A model generated the notes under the pieces. It was not told where the DNA came from and made no database searches. It worked only from the letters and a program-made list of their open reading frames with translations. The position numbers were made by a program, and so were the translations under genes. 64,000 nucleotides of DNA from assembly GCA_010909165.1 (NCBI GenBank), contig VJWM01000134.1, forward strand, positions 1-64,000, read 5' to 3'. Shown in pieces: positions 48,301 to 61,700 of this stretch (positions are counted from its first letter, which is position 1; each line of letters opens with the position of its first letter). Source of the DNA: Anthoceros angustus. Its lineage: Eukaryota; Plantae; Anthocerotophyta.

Positions 48301-51300
48301 CTCTTGTTGGGTTCACGATCACGAGGCCTCATGTTGGTTCGCGGGCGTGGCGGTCTCTTGCCGGGGCCTGCCTGTCTCTTCATCCTCTGGGGCGTGATGG
48401 CTCTCCTTCCGCTACCCTCACGAGTAGCTTCTATCTTGGCTTCTTCCATTTCGTCATGTAAGAACCTCCTCCTCCCTCGATATAGGTGTCGAGGAAGGTA
48501 GAGACAAAGCGATTCTTGCTCCTCCATCACCAAATGGTTCGGTGCGCACTTTGTTCATACGAATGGTGGCCCAATCCACCAACTTCCACAGGACATCTCA
48601 TACATCATCATTAAATGGGAATTTCCAGTCGTCTTCCTGCGCGCACGTTAGTCGAGCCATATCTTGGCGAATAAATTCCACTTCCGCTCCTTGAACAAAG
48701 AGATCCTCCAGCCATTGCCTTGCGACCATACTTCCTCCTTTGGTCGTAGGAACATACTCATAACCTCCTCGGATCGATTCTTGGAGAACTGAATCCGGAA
48801 TGATCCCTCCCTTGTGGGCTTCCGGTATCAAATCGTATCACGGAAATGCGTACCTTCCACATCCCGGATGACTTGATGTCGCATCCTCCGGGTGGCCGTC
48901 GCCTTGGTCACTCTCATTAAATCGCGCACACTCCTGAACCAAGGCGGGGCTGCAAAGTGCCACCAGCTACTGACCATTCCATCTTCATCTCGGCGTGGCG
49001 CAGGCCCTCAAATCTCGAGGTGAAATTTGGGCGGCCTACACTCGAACTCGGGGTGGGTGTTTCTTACCTTTTCCCTTTGTGGGCGGTGTGGCGGAGGTTT
49101 CCTCCCGTGGGAGTACCCCGTTCCGTCCTCCACAGGTCCCACCGTAGGGGTTCACTCCTACCAGGTGTTGTCGGCCTACCAATCCTCAACCCTCGGTAGG
49201 TGGTCTCGTATCCTTCCTCCTTCCTCCGTAGGAGGTGCTTCTATGGCCTTTTCCCTTTCTCTTGTTGGGTTCCCGATCCCGAGGCCTCATGTTGGTTCGC
49301 GGGCGTGGCGGTCTCTTGCCCGGGGCCTGCCTGCTCTTCATCCTCCGGGGCCGATGGCTCTCCGCTACCCTCACCGAGTAGCTTCTATCTTGGCTTCTTC
49401 CACGTCGTGTAAGAACCTCCTCCCTCGATATAGGTGTACGAGGTAGAGACAAAGCGATTCTTGCTCCCTCCATCACCAAATGGTTCGGTGCGCAACCACT
49501 GTTCATGAATGGTGGCCCAATCCACCAACTTCCACAGGACATCTCATACATCATCATTAAATGGGAATTTCCAGTCGTCTTCCTTGCCGCAAGACGTTAG
49601 TCCCAGCCATATCTTGGCGAATAAATTCCACTTCCGCTCCTTGAACAAAGAGATCCTCCAGCCATTGCCTTGCGACCATACTTCCTCCTTTGGTCGTAGG
49701 AACATGCTCATAACCTCCTCCGGATCCGATTCTTGGAGAACTGAATCCGGAATGATCCCTCCCTTGTGGGCTTCCGGTATCAAATCGTATCCACGGAAAT
49801 GTCGTACCTTCCACATCCCAGGATGACTTGATGTCGCATCCTCCGGAAATTGGCCGTCCGCCTTGGTCACTCTCATTCGTCGCGCACACTCCTGAACCAA
49901 GGCAGGGCTCGCAAAGTGCCACCCAGTACCAAGCAGCCCATTCCATCTTCATCTCGGCGGCGCAACGCCTCAAATCTCGAGGTGAAATTGGAGCGGCCTA
50001 CACTCGAACTCGAATTGGGTGTTTCTTACCTTTTCCCTTTGTGGGCGGTGTGGCGGAGGTTTCCTCCCGTGGGAGTACCCTGCCCCGTCCTCACTATCTT
50101 CACCATACGCGGTGGGAGCACACACAAGGATAGCAAAATTGGAGAGATTGGAGTAATCTATCGGGCTAAGAGAGTGGAGAGCAAAAGTGGTGGTTTGGGT
50201 GAGATAAGCAAGGGGAAGCTTCCGTGCTCCTCGGCAGATCGCCTCCACCACAGAGGTGGCCTTGGCCCCTTCAATCTCCCCTCCAGCTTCTCCACTTGCT
50301 CACGCTGGCGCTCTTCCTCGCGCCTCTCCACAATTGCTCCTCCGCTCGAGCACCTCACTCGCCGCCCGCGGACCCCCTCAGACTCCTCTCCTTCCTCCGT
50401 AGGAGGTGCTTCTATCTACCCATACTTCCTCCTTCCTCCTTCCTCGGCGCCTCGTCGCGCCCTCCAGCGCCTTGAGTTCGCTCCTCGATATAGGTGTACG
50501 AGGTAGAGACAAAGCGATTCTTGCTCCCTCCATCACCAAATGGTTCGGTGCGCAACCACTGTTCATGAATGGTGGCCCAATCCACCAACTTCCACAGGAC
50601 ATCTCATACATCATCATTAAATGGGAATTTCCAGTCGTCTTCCTTGCCGCAAGACGTTAGTCCCAGCCATATCTTGGCGAATAAATTCCACTTCCGCTCC
50701 TTGAACAAAGAGATCCTCCAGCCATTGCCTTGCGACCATACTTCCTCCTTTGGTCGTAGGAACATGCTCATAACCTCCTCCGGATCCGATTCTTGGAGAA
50801 CTGAATCCGGAATGATCCCTCCCTTGTGGGCTTCCGGTATCAAATCGTATCCACGGAAATGCCGTACCTTCCACATCCCGGATGACTTGATGTCGCATCC
50901 TCCGGAATCCGCCTTGGTCACTCTCATTCGTCGCGCACACTCCTGAACCAAGGCGGGGCTCGCAAAGTGCCACCCAGTACCAAGCAGCCCATTCCATCTT
51001 CATCTCGGCGGCGCGACGCCTCAAATCTCGAGGTGAAATTGGAGCGGCCTACACTCGAACTCGAATTGGGTGTTTCTTACCTTTTCCCTTTGTGGGCGGT
51101 GTGGCGGAGGTTTCCTCCCGTGGGAGTACCCCGTTCTCCTCACTATCTTCACCATCCGCAGGGGAGCACACAAGGATAGCAAAATTGGAGAGATTGGAGT
51201 AATCTATCGGGCTAAGAGAGAGTGGAGCAAAGAGGTGGTGGTTTGGGTGAGACAGCAAGGGGAGACTTCCGCTCCTCGTCCTCCACCCCAAGAGGTGGCC

Positions 51301-52014
51301 TTGGCCCCTTCAATCTCCCCTCCAGCTTCTCCACCTCTCACGCTGCGCCTTTTCGCCTAACGCTCCGCCGAGCACCTTCACTCGCGCGCGGATCCACTCC
51401 TCTCCAGCCTCCATGCGCCACGCCATAGCTCGTCTGCCGCCTCTGCCCGCTCCTTATCGGCCGCCTCGCCGCTTGCGCCCTCCTCGACGCCTTGTTCGGC
51501 CCTCCGGCGCTGCAATCGATCAAGACGCCCCACCGCTGCCTTCCTCCTTGAGCGCAACTCCACTTACTCCCTCGGCCGACTGCTGCTGGCCCGTTCAAAA
51601 CCACAGCTAACGAGTTTGCGGTACATGCCGTCTGCCTTAATGGCGCTCCTCACGATGGTGCCACGTGTCCGGTTCAAAACTCCTGTAGCTATTTTCTATC
51701 TACAACTTAACTAGCCCTTTTGGCATATATAGCCATGCGGAACCTAAATAATTGAAGGCCAAGGAACTTCTTATCCCGAATATTCCTACTCCCATGGTCC
51801 AAGGAACTTTACGGAACCTATCATGCCTATATATGCTTCTATCTACCCATACTTCCTGGATCGAACCTCCTACAGATGCGATTCGATTAAGTCCGAACTC
51901 CCTCGGACGTCCTACCATCTTCCTGTTTCTATCGACCTACCTACCTACACTGAACAACTACTACCCATCCTGGCGTCGGTCTCACGCGTCTTGGGTGACC
52001 AAAATTCGTTCACA
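45356..52014 (-). repeat. Gypsy-2 3' LTR (6,659 bp including internal tandem duplications)
   Basis: On the minus strand it starts TGTGAACGAA immediately after the purine tract AAATGGGGAGAGGAGCA and ends CCTACCACA. Confidence 0.85.
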
Positions 52015-52049
52015 TGCTCCTCTCCCCATTTGTTTGCGCCCATAAACAT

Positions 52050-55000
52050 CCTCGAGTGTAAGTACTTCTTGATCTTCCACCCATTCACTCTGGTAGGAAG
52101 TAGTTCCCCAGAACTTTCCAAGCGACCCATTTTCATAGACTGCTACAACCCGCATAGGCCCCATCCATCTCAGGCGTAGCTTCCCAGGAAAATCTAAATA
52201 CCTACTATCATAAAGGAGCACCAAGTCTCCCGCTATTACAGGGTCCTGACGTCGAAGTCTCCCATCGTGCCTCTCCTTCCTCCCTTCCTGTACTCGCTGT
52301 GTCTCCTCTAAGGCGTCGTCTCTAGCTTCGTCATGCTTCACAAACTCTTCCAACCTTGCTTGTTCACTATCTCCCACCGTCATTCGCTCATCTTCCATAA
52401 TTCTATACGTTGGTACCTCAAATTCTGGCATTACGGTGACATACATATGTCGAGATAGTCTGATGTCTTCTTGTGGTCACCTTCTCCATGATCCTGAAAG
52501 CCCATAGCGAATGTAGCTTGGTATCCCGATCATACATATGAGAGGCGTCACTTTGTCAAAATGTTGCATAGTAACCCGTTTGTCTTCTCCGTGAGTCCGT
52601 TGGCTTCGGTTGTAAGGCGTAGTCTTCCTGTCGAATGTTGAAATAGCGATCCAGACTCGATTATCTTTGTTGAAATCGTCCCTCGATCGCTAACAAGTTC
52701 CGGTGGGCATCCATACCTTGTGATAATCCGTTCAAACAAAAACTTGGCGGCGGTGGGCGCATCATCCTTCCTTAAACACTCTACCATCTTTGTGCGATGT
52801 CTCGCAACAAATGTCTTGTCGCTGGTCCGGTTGGTGGTCGAATAGGTCCCACAAAATCAATTCCCCATTTTCAAAGGTGCCAATGGTAGGATGTCGTTAG
52901 AGGCCCTTTGGGTCGTCGGTGGGCCTCCCGTTCGTGACAAGCATCACAACTCGATGAATAACCATACATCTCTATACATGTATCCACCAAAACCACTGGT
53001 TAGAATCTTCTTTGTTGTGATTGTGGCGGAATAGTGTCCTCCTGCTTCCTCTGTGTGCAAGGCTTCTATCACCATGGCTTTCTCATCCCCCTCCAAACAT
53101 CTTCGAATCACCTCATCAGCTCCCAATTTGTACAATACTCCCTTGCTGATGCAATATGGTGCCGCCTTGTGTATGAACACAGCAACTCCTTCCTTGATAA
53201 ACCTACCGGCAACTCCCCATGCTCTAAATACCTCCTGACTTCGGCGTTCAGTAAGTGTCGTGGACACGCACGCCCCTCCCTGCTTCTCCTTACAGTGCGG
53301 GGTTTACGTCGCGGGTTGCGTAGTCCTTGGTCTGTGGCGTCCCCTCCCATTCTCGATGCGCTCGCGATATCCGGAGGAGTCCCCAGCTCGCCGTTTCTCG
53401 ATCCGTCCTTCTGCGGTGCCTCACCGTCTTTCGATCATGCTTTAACGGCTACCAACTCCTCATCGGGAACTTATCGTTCGGTGGTGGCCTTCCCTTCATT
53501 CGTAGTCGAAATGAAGTCGGCGTTCACATGTTGCTTCCAGCCCGTGTTTCCACCTCATAATCGAATTCCTGCGATGCTTATCCATCGCGCGATTCGTCCG
53601 GATAGATCGGGTTTGTTTACCAAGTACTTGATGCGAAATGGTCCACATGGAACACAACTTTGCAAGCCGGAGATAGTGTCGAAATTTCTTGCGAGAATAG
53701 ATGATGCCAAGAGCTTCTCTTTCGATCGTGGAGTAGTTCCGTTACGCATCCGAAAGTTGGCGTCACATAGAAGATCGGCCTATCATGCTTCTTTCCATCA
53801 CGTTGACTCGGGATGGCCCCTATGGCATAGGTGATACATCCACAAAGACATGAAAAGGTTCTTCCCGGTTGGGGTTGTCGGTGCCCCCGTAAGCTCTTTT
53901 CAAACTTAGAACGCTTCACATCGCTCGGCCGTCCGATCAAAAGGAACATCTTTCTTGATGGTTGCGTGAGAGGTGCGCCTTCTTTGCAAAATCAATGATG
54001 AATCTCTGTAGTATCCCACCAAGCGATGAAGGCTCGAACTTGCCTTACCGTTTCGGAGCATCCATCTGTGATGACTCGACCTTTTCCTATCCACCTCAAA
54101 CCTCGCTTGAAACACGATGTGCAGTGATTCCTTCTCATTCGAAATAACATTTGCTTGGGTGTAACTTCAAATTGGTTTCTCTACATACATACCTTTGGCG
54201 AAGATGTCCCAAGTCAGTCTCTTCCCAAACACACAAAAGTCATCCGAAATACTTCCATGAATTTCCTCGGTACTCTCGGAAAATGGTATTCACTACTCTA
54301 CGAAGGTGGCGGGGCATTGCAAAGACCAAAGGGTAATTTGGCATATGCAAATGTCCCCAATCGATGGTAAGCGTTGTTTTGTCTGATCTTCCTTTCTCGA
54401 GTGATCGATTGTATCCACGAATACCCGTCTAAGCTGTACATCTCATGCCTGCGACCGTGTCCAATACACTATCCATAAGCGGCAAAGGGTGATGGTCTTT
54501 CTTAGTTGCCTCATTCAACTTCACGAAATCTGGACCGAACTTTCCCTGTTGCTTCTTAGGCACAATCACAATCGGTGCCACCCATTCGCTTGTAGTCTGG
54601 GATAGATTACTCCGCCTCCGGATCGATCCAATTGCTCCTTCACCACTAGAGAATACTTTGGATTGAGTCGATCTTGCTTGATCCTCACGAGTCGCTCCTT
54701 CCTTCAAGTCGATTCGGTGCACTCCCAACTCCCGGTCATTTCGGTTACCTTGAGCGAAACAATCTATGTATTCAACAACGGTGGAGGTTCCTTCTCTTTG
54801 TTCGCGGATGCGCATATGACCTTCTTCCGGGGCAGCTCCATTTCCTCTAAGGCTCGGATCCAGTCCGTCCGGACAACTTCCTGTGTGTTCCTTCATCGGA
54901 AAATCTTCATTGTCGGCTTTCCTTATCCAAGGATGCTTTCTCCGTCCCTTCTCCATTGTACTCGATTCTTCTCTATCTCGACACAGGCGTCAACAAGCAG

Positions 55001-57600
55001 CGGGACAATACGTTTGATCATCGATCGAAGAATTTTCCTCTCCTCTGTCTCCTCCCCAACCTCGGAGGTGTACTCCTCGGTGAGGATTAGTTTCCCCTTC
55101 ATAGGTTTCCTTGCTCCACTCACGAGGCATGAGCCAGCGGCATGCCCTTAGCGATCTGAAATTAATTTCCTTCTTCCCCAAGGCGGCTCTTCTGCCGTAT
55201 AGCCATGGCCTCCCTATCAACACTTGATACCGGTCGGACTGTCGCATGACCACATAAGTCAAAGGAAAACAATGCCTCCAATGTTGGTGGGTATCAGTAC
55301 CCCGGTCGCCGCGTCGATCCGCCATTCGAAGAATGGTGCGTGTCCTCGAACTTGGTGTATCCTAGTTTGCTGGCCGTTTCTTCCATCATCAGTTAACCCC
55401 CGAGCGGTCGATGGTACCGCCTTATCAAGCATCCGTTCACTTGACCGATATTTCACCGGCACCCAAATCCATGAGTTCCACAACTCGTACGTATAGTCGT
55501 TACGGTTTTACGTATGAGTCCCTTTCGCCGCTTCTCGCATCATCGTCGATACTTGGGGTTGTCGGACAAGAGTTGTCGAAATGTCACAAGGAATTCTTGA
55601 TCCAGAGATTACGCGGTGACCTTCTCGGTGAGAGGGTCTTCTTCTCCTCTGATTACTTCTTCTTGGCAACCCTCCATCTTTGTCATCACTCCCCACATGG
55701 TTTCGGTGCATGTTTCTCTTGAGTGAGTTTCCGTGGTCGGCATCGAGCATGCACGCCACCTCTGGTGATGTATGTGGTGAAAACCTGGACGCCCTCCCTC
55801 GGCCCCCGGTCTGGCGTTTCTTCATCTCTCATGTCACTTCCTCGCATTCTTCTTTTCTTTCGCTCGGATTCGCCCATCTCCGCCGAACTTCCAATTTCGA
55901 GCATTCCCTTGTCGTCAGTGTCGTCCCTCCTTGTCTTGGCCAGGCGTGGCGTGCGACCAACTCGTCTTCTCCGGATATATACCCGGAGTCCACTTCCTGC
56001 ACTTCCAACCACTCGCCTTCTTGCTCCTCTCCCCAGCGTTCGCCGGCTTCTACTTCCACACTGTCTGGGGTGGGCACGAGAATCTCGGGTTTGGTGGAAT
56101 CTCCTCACCTGCTTGGGGTTAGCGAATCGTACCCACAGTGGCGAGAATGGTCTTGGGCCCGTACATCTTGCATCTCCGCTATATGACTGGCGCCTTGCAG
56201 ACTGACGAGAAGGGTGTACCCAATCATCGCCTTAGTTACGGACATGCATTCGCATAATGATCAGGCGCCCACAGTTGTAGCAATGGCCCGGTACATTAAG
56301 GGTCGTTGAGAGGATTCGGTCTCCATTGATTGATTGCTTGCCTTGGACCATACCTCATCCTTTGGGTGATCTTGGGTTGATAGGTGGCTCTCATGGATTG
56401 AGGCGGTCGAGCTCTGTCACGGCACGCATCGATACACCTCCTCTCCCGAATAGTATGGGTCTAGATCGTACTCCACGATTGACCCATCGTGTCTTGAGAC
56501 GGCATTCACGATGCGTATGGCTGGTGATGACAATTGCTACAAAAGACTTCTGCGGGTAGGGAAGGAGATCGTCGGTCGATTCTTGACTAATTTGATCTCG
56601 ATGTCACCCGTTTCATCACATCTTCCAAATTGGTGTCTTGGACGCCTTCCATTTCTCCCTTTTCCCTTCTCTGCAACCTTCGTGGCGTTTTCTCTTGTCT
56701 CTCTCCTTCTTCTTGACCAAATGTTCCAAGTCTTTTTCACTCGCTTATGATGTGCTTCTTAGATTCGCTATCATCGTCCCGGATGTTGAATTCTCTTGAG
56801 ATGATGATGGTTTTGAGTGTCTTGACGTCGATTCTTGACGAACTTGAAGGCGATGTCTCTTCCTTCTTCCTCTTGCCACTCGCTTTCTTCCGTCTTCTCC
56901 TCCCGTGGGCCTCCCATGCTTGTGCTCGAATGCCTTCCTCAAGGTATCATTGCCCTGCGGTGAATCTCCATCTTCGTGGTAGTCCACAGACGAACCAATC
57001 CAACGCTTGTTCTTAGAATCGCTTGTGATTCTCCTCCGTGTTGTCCACTCTCGGGTATCTTCTCCGAGCGTAAAACCGTTCCACATAATCGAGCAAGGAT
57101 TCTTTCTTCTTTCGCAGTCGAAGTTTGTTAACATGGGTAGTGTGGCTCAAACCACGAGCGAATAAGGAAATCAGCTCGTAACCAAGCGGTGGGTGGGGTA
57201 GAGAACTTCGGCATACCATTGTTGCGGTCCTAAGCGATCCAGGAAAAATTGTACCCGATCAGCCGAGGAATCCTCGATGTTAGCCCTCGAGATGGATTGA
57301 AAAGTTTTACAAAACTTTCGGCATCGATGTCGTCCTCCTTCTTGGATCCAAATTTGGGATATGGCTGCCTTGTGTGCGGGTGATGGGGCTTGCTCCTCCT
57401 GTCTGGCTCCTCCGCTCCTCATGGCTATGGGCAAAGGTGTCGATCTTGAAGGGTCGTCACACTGCCGAGTAAGTGAGAAACTCGGGCAGCTCTTGCTCGT
57501 GGGTTGTGGACTTGATTGTGTCTTGCTCGGCTCCCACAATTCTTGCTTCTTCTCTCATGCGCCTCGCCACCGCGCTTCCTGTCGAGCCAAATGATCGAGA
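52050..57600 (-). pseudogene. pol: Gypsy-2 gag-pol (gag, protease, RT, RNase H, integrase), heavily frameshifted
   Basis: Protease VLIGRPWL; RT SEWVAPIVIVPKK, KLNEATKKDHHPLP, WGTFAY..PFGL.NAP; RNase H YAIGAI.SQ..HDRPI, KYLVNKPDLSGRIARW; integrase EEAGGHY, FEKWGIDFVGP, TRYGCPPELVSDRGT, GKLRLRWMGP, RVNGWKIKKY. Confidence 0.9.
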
Positions 57601-58420
57601 TATTGTCGATTGTAAGTGTCCCAATCCTTGCTCCTGATGCGATCAACGCCGCCCGTATGGCTGCCTCCGAGCCCTCTCGGTAACAAATTCAGCGTGTCGC
57701 TCGTTGACTCCCCTCGGGATGATCTCAAAACAAGGCGTTTTCTTCGTCGGGGCTCGAGTCGAAAAATCTTCTAAGGTGTCGATGTCGAGAAGAGGATGCG
57801 AGTCGTTCGGACGGGTGGTAGCGGGACCACCCTACTTCCCTCTCAGTCCTTCACACCGTTCGTGGGTGATACTAACTCCGCAGTCGTGAACTCTCGAAGG
57901 GTTGCAAAGGAAACACGGCCTCCGTTCGGTTCCGCTCATGGCTATGGGCAAAGGTGTCGCTGCCGAGAACCGTCGTCACTGAGAGTAAGTGAGAAACTCG
58001 GGCAGCTCTTGCTCGTGGGTTGTGGACTTGATTGTGTCTCGCTCCCACAATTCTTGCTTCTTCTCTCGCAGCGCGCCTCGCTTACGCCACTGTCGAGCCA
58101 AATGATCGAGATATTGTCGATTGTAAGTGTCCCAATCCTTGCTCCTGTCTGCGATCAACGCCGCCCGTATGGCTGCCTCCCGAGCTCTCTCGGTAACAAA
58201 TTCAGCGTGTCGCTCGTTGACTCCAGATGATCTCACAAACAAGGCGTTTTCCCCTCGAGTCCGAAAAATCTTCTAAGGTGTCGATGTCGGAAGAGGATGG
58301 GTGCGGACGGGTGGTAGCGGCAGGACCACCCTACTTCCCTCGAGTCCTTCACCGTGGGTGATACTAACTCCACTTGTCGTGACTCTCAAGGAAAGAATGA
58401 GCTCGGCCTCCGTTCGGTTC
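57415..58420. repeat. Tandem duplication of about 520 bp in the gypsy-2 5' internal region
   Basis: GCTCATGGCTATGGGCAAAGGTGTCG occurs near 57417 and 57934, and the downstream sequence repeats. Confidence 0.85.
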
Positions 58421-58753
58421 CGCCTCTGTCTTCTTGATGTTCCAAAGTACCACGGCTCCCGTCCGTGGGTGGCGCTGTCGGACCTTTCTCCACGCAAAAC
58501 AATCGAGACCTAGCGTGGTGACGATCGTTGTACCGTACTTTCTTCCTCGGTCGAGCTTCCTTCGGCTGTTACCTCCACTCTGGCGCGATGGCTCGGCTAA
58601 CCTCTCGGGATTGCCTCTATCCGCGTCGATACTCATCCCTTCGGCGCCCTTTGCACGAGTTGAAAGGGGGATACAGACGCAATGCCCGTTTACTCCCTCT
58701 ATCATCATTCACTCACACAATCCTCAAGCAGCAAATCCCGACAGCGCCAAAAA

Positions 58754-61700
58754 TGTGGTAGGTTTGCCTCGGTCACCCGAGCTCGCCTCGGTGGCCACAC
58801 TTATCCCGTTGAATCGTGGGTTCGATCCCAAGAGATTTGGTTCGGATTGTTTGTCGTTCCTCTCACTCTCGCTCTCATCATTCCCGGTCTACTTGTCCTC
58901 GATGTGGGCAACAAAGCGGTGTTATGCGTTTGGGTTATCGGCCTGGCGCGCTCCACGCCTTCGAGATTCCCTCCACCTCAACACTCTCCTGCCAACTACA
59001 GCGATCAATTCACTCTACAACGACACACCCATAACCAACCTCTTCACCATTCTCAAAAGAAACATAGCTCACGGACAACCACATGGACTCACTTCATTCG
59101 ATCCCCAAATCTAACTCTACCATAGCGTTCGCGGTTTGCGCCTCCCTTGCAACTGGCACAGGGGACTAGGGGGTATTTCTCTCGGGCGATTGCGTGCGAC
59201 ACACGCGGCGTGGTCGGCGATCCTGCGAGGCCACCCAGCACAACACACATCCAACAACAATCTTTCACGAGAGGAGGAGCTGCGTTGGCGAACCCACCGC
59301 GAGGGCCTCCGGCGAACCCCACCTTCGCCTTCGTCGCTTGGCGGGCGGCGGTCAGCTCGCACACACACAAAGGGATGCGGAGGCGAAGAATGCATGACAA
59401 AGCAAGGTCGGTGTTTATTCATTCTTCCACCCTCCCTTTTATAGGTGAAGTCGGCCACTCGTGCTAGTTTAATGCTAGGCGACTTGCCAAGTCCAACAAT
59501 AGGACTCTTGGCCCCCGATTCGTCCTCTCGGCTCGATCCGGCTCACCTTGACGAGAATATCCTATCTGTCTATCACGCCACTCTTAAATACTCACACTTC
59601 CCAAGGTGTGCACCACTTGGGACAAAACGTCCTATTGAAAAGGTCCTACTGACATCCTACGTTCGCTGCTTTTTGTTCGCCCTCGCAGCTTCAATGTCTT
59701 CCCCTTCGATGGGTCGCTTAGCCTTGCCCACCTCCAGGGAGTCTTCTCCGGACTACTAGCACGCCTCGTCGGCCCCTCATGGTAGGTCTTCCTTGTGGTA
59801 GGAGGTTCCATTCCTCCTACCCGTTCGTCCTCAGTAGGTTCCTCCCCTACTGTCTTCGTCTTCTTGGTAGGCGGTTCGTCTCCTACCTCTTTGATCTTGC
59901 TATGGGGTACCTTCCCTCACACTGGGTTTCGTAGCCGGAGGTACCCTTCCTTGGGGTCACCTCCTCCTCTTCAGCAGTTCCTACAGTAGGAACTTTGGTA
60001 GTACCATCCTACCATCGGTCTCTTCCTCCGGCTTGATAGCTCCACCGTCTCGGGAGGTTCCCCTTGGCGTCGCCGTGGTGCTTCTTGACTCGCTCGTTCG
60101 GCTATGTCCAGCCCGGCTGCTTTCCTTGTACCAACTCAAAGTTTGACCTCCGGGTTGCCATTCCACTTGCGTCGAGCAGTGAGGTCTGTTTCTTCGTCTT
60201 CCTCAGCATGGCGTTCCTCAATCGCTTCTAGGAGGTTGTTGTAGTAGGTCGCCACCCTACCACTCTCCTTCTTTTTGTCGTCCATGATCACGGACCCTTA
60301 GTGGGATGGCCTTTTCGTCCCACCGGCGATTTGTCACTCCTACCAATGCGGCCTCTTTCTCCACTACCGCTCCTCAACTCCGGGCAAGCCTCCCAATCTC
60401 CTTATCTTTCTCCATGGCTTCCATCGCCATGCGTTTCACTATATGTGATCGCCCTACTTTGCTCCTCGAATGACAAGACCCTCCAAAGATCGTTGGGCCA
60501 TCAAAACTTCCTTCCGGTTCCTTGCCTCCGTCTCATAGGCGTGGGTAAGGTCGTCGGCCTTCTTCGTTCTTGCTCCAAAAGTTCTCTCGTGTCTGAAGCT
60601 CCTCTTTGTGACCCTTAGTCACATTGTCCCATCCTTGTCGTTCCTTCACCAGTCGTATTTTCCCTTGTAATGCTCCTTCCGTTGCTCCATGGCAACTAAC
60701 TTCTTCGTAGGAGGTCCTTCTCGTCTTCAAGGTCCCGCTGGGCATGAATCTTGCCTCCTCCTTCTGCGTTCGATGTGTCCTACCCTTGCTAGGGTAGCTT
60801 CCAACTTCCTTCCGCCTCCTTCTGGCGGTTTCCAACTCCTCGGCCTCTTGGCTGATTTTGCCTCTGTCCTAAGACACGGTCAATCATTTCCCACACATTC
60901 ACCAACTTGGTGGTCATCTGTCGCTCTTTGGCGGATCTAGCACGGAGTGTTGCTTCTCGGAGGTGGTTTTGAGCTCCTCTCAATTTCTTCTCGGCATCCT
61001 CCGGCTCCTTTCGTAGGTCTCGAGTTCAAGACGAACTCGGCCACCTCCGACACGGTCCACTAGGGCGTCCATAGATCCTGCGCCCACTTCCTTCCGCTAC
61101 CCTCAGTAGGATGCCGTTCTCGATTCCCTCTGCTCCTCCATTGGTGCGTGGGTCACCAGTTCTCGGCGTTCTTCTCGTCACTGCCTCCTCAAGTCTTGTT
61201 ACTACTTCTTGGTGGGAGGTAAAGCTCCTCCGTAGGTCCTCCGTCCTCACAGGTCCCTCTGGGGGTTCACTCCCTACCGGTGTTGTCGGCCTTCCAATCC
61301 TCAACCCTCGGTAGGTGGTCTCGTATCCTTTCCTCCTTCCTCCGTAGGAGGTGCTTCTATGGCCTTTTTCCCTTTCTCTTGTTGGGTTCGATCACGAGGC
61401 CTCATGTTGGTTCGCGGGCGTGGCGGTCTCTTGCCCGGGGCCTCTCTGTCTCTTCATCCTCTGGGGCCGGTGGCTCTCCCTACCCTCACGAGTAGCTTCT
61501 ATCTTGGCTTCTTCTCGTCGTGTAAGAACCTCCTCCCTCGATATAGGTGTACGAGGAAGGTAGAGACAAAGCGATTCTTGCTCCTCCATCACCAAATGGT
61601 TCGGCGCAACCGCTTTGTTCATCTGAGAATGGTGGCCCAATCCACCAACACAGGACATCTCATACATCATCATTAAATGGGAATTTCCGGTCGTCTTCCT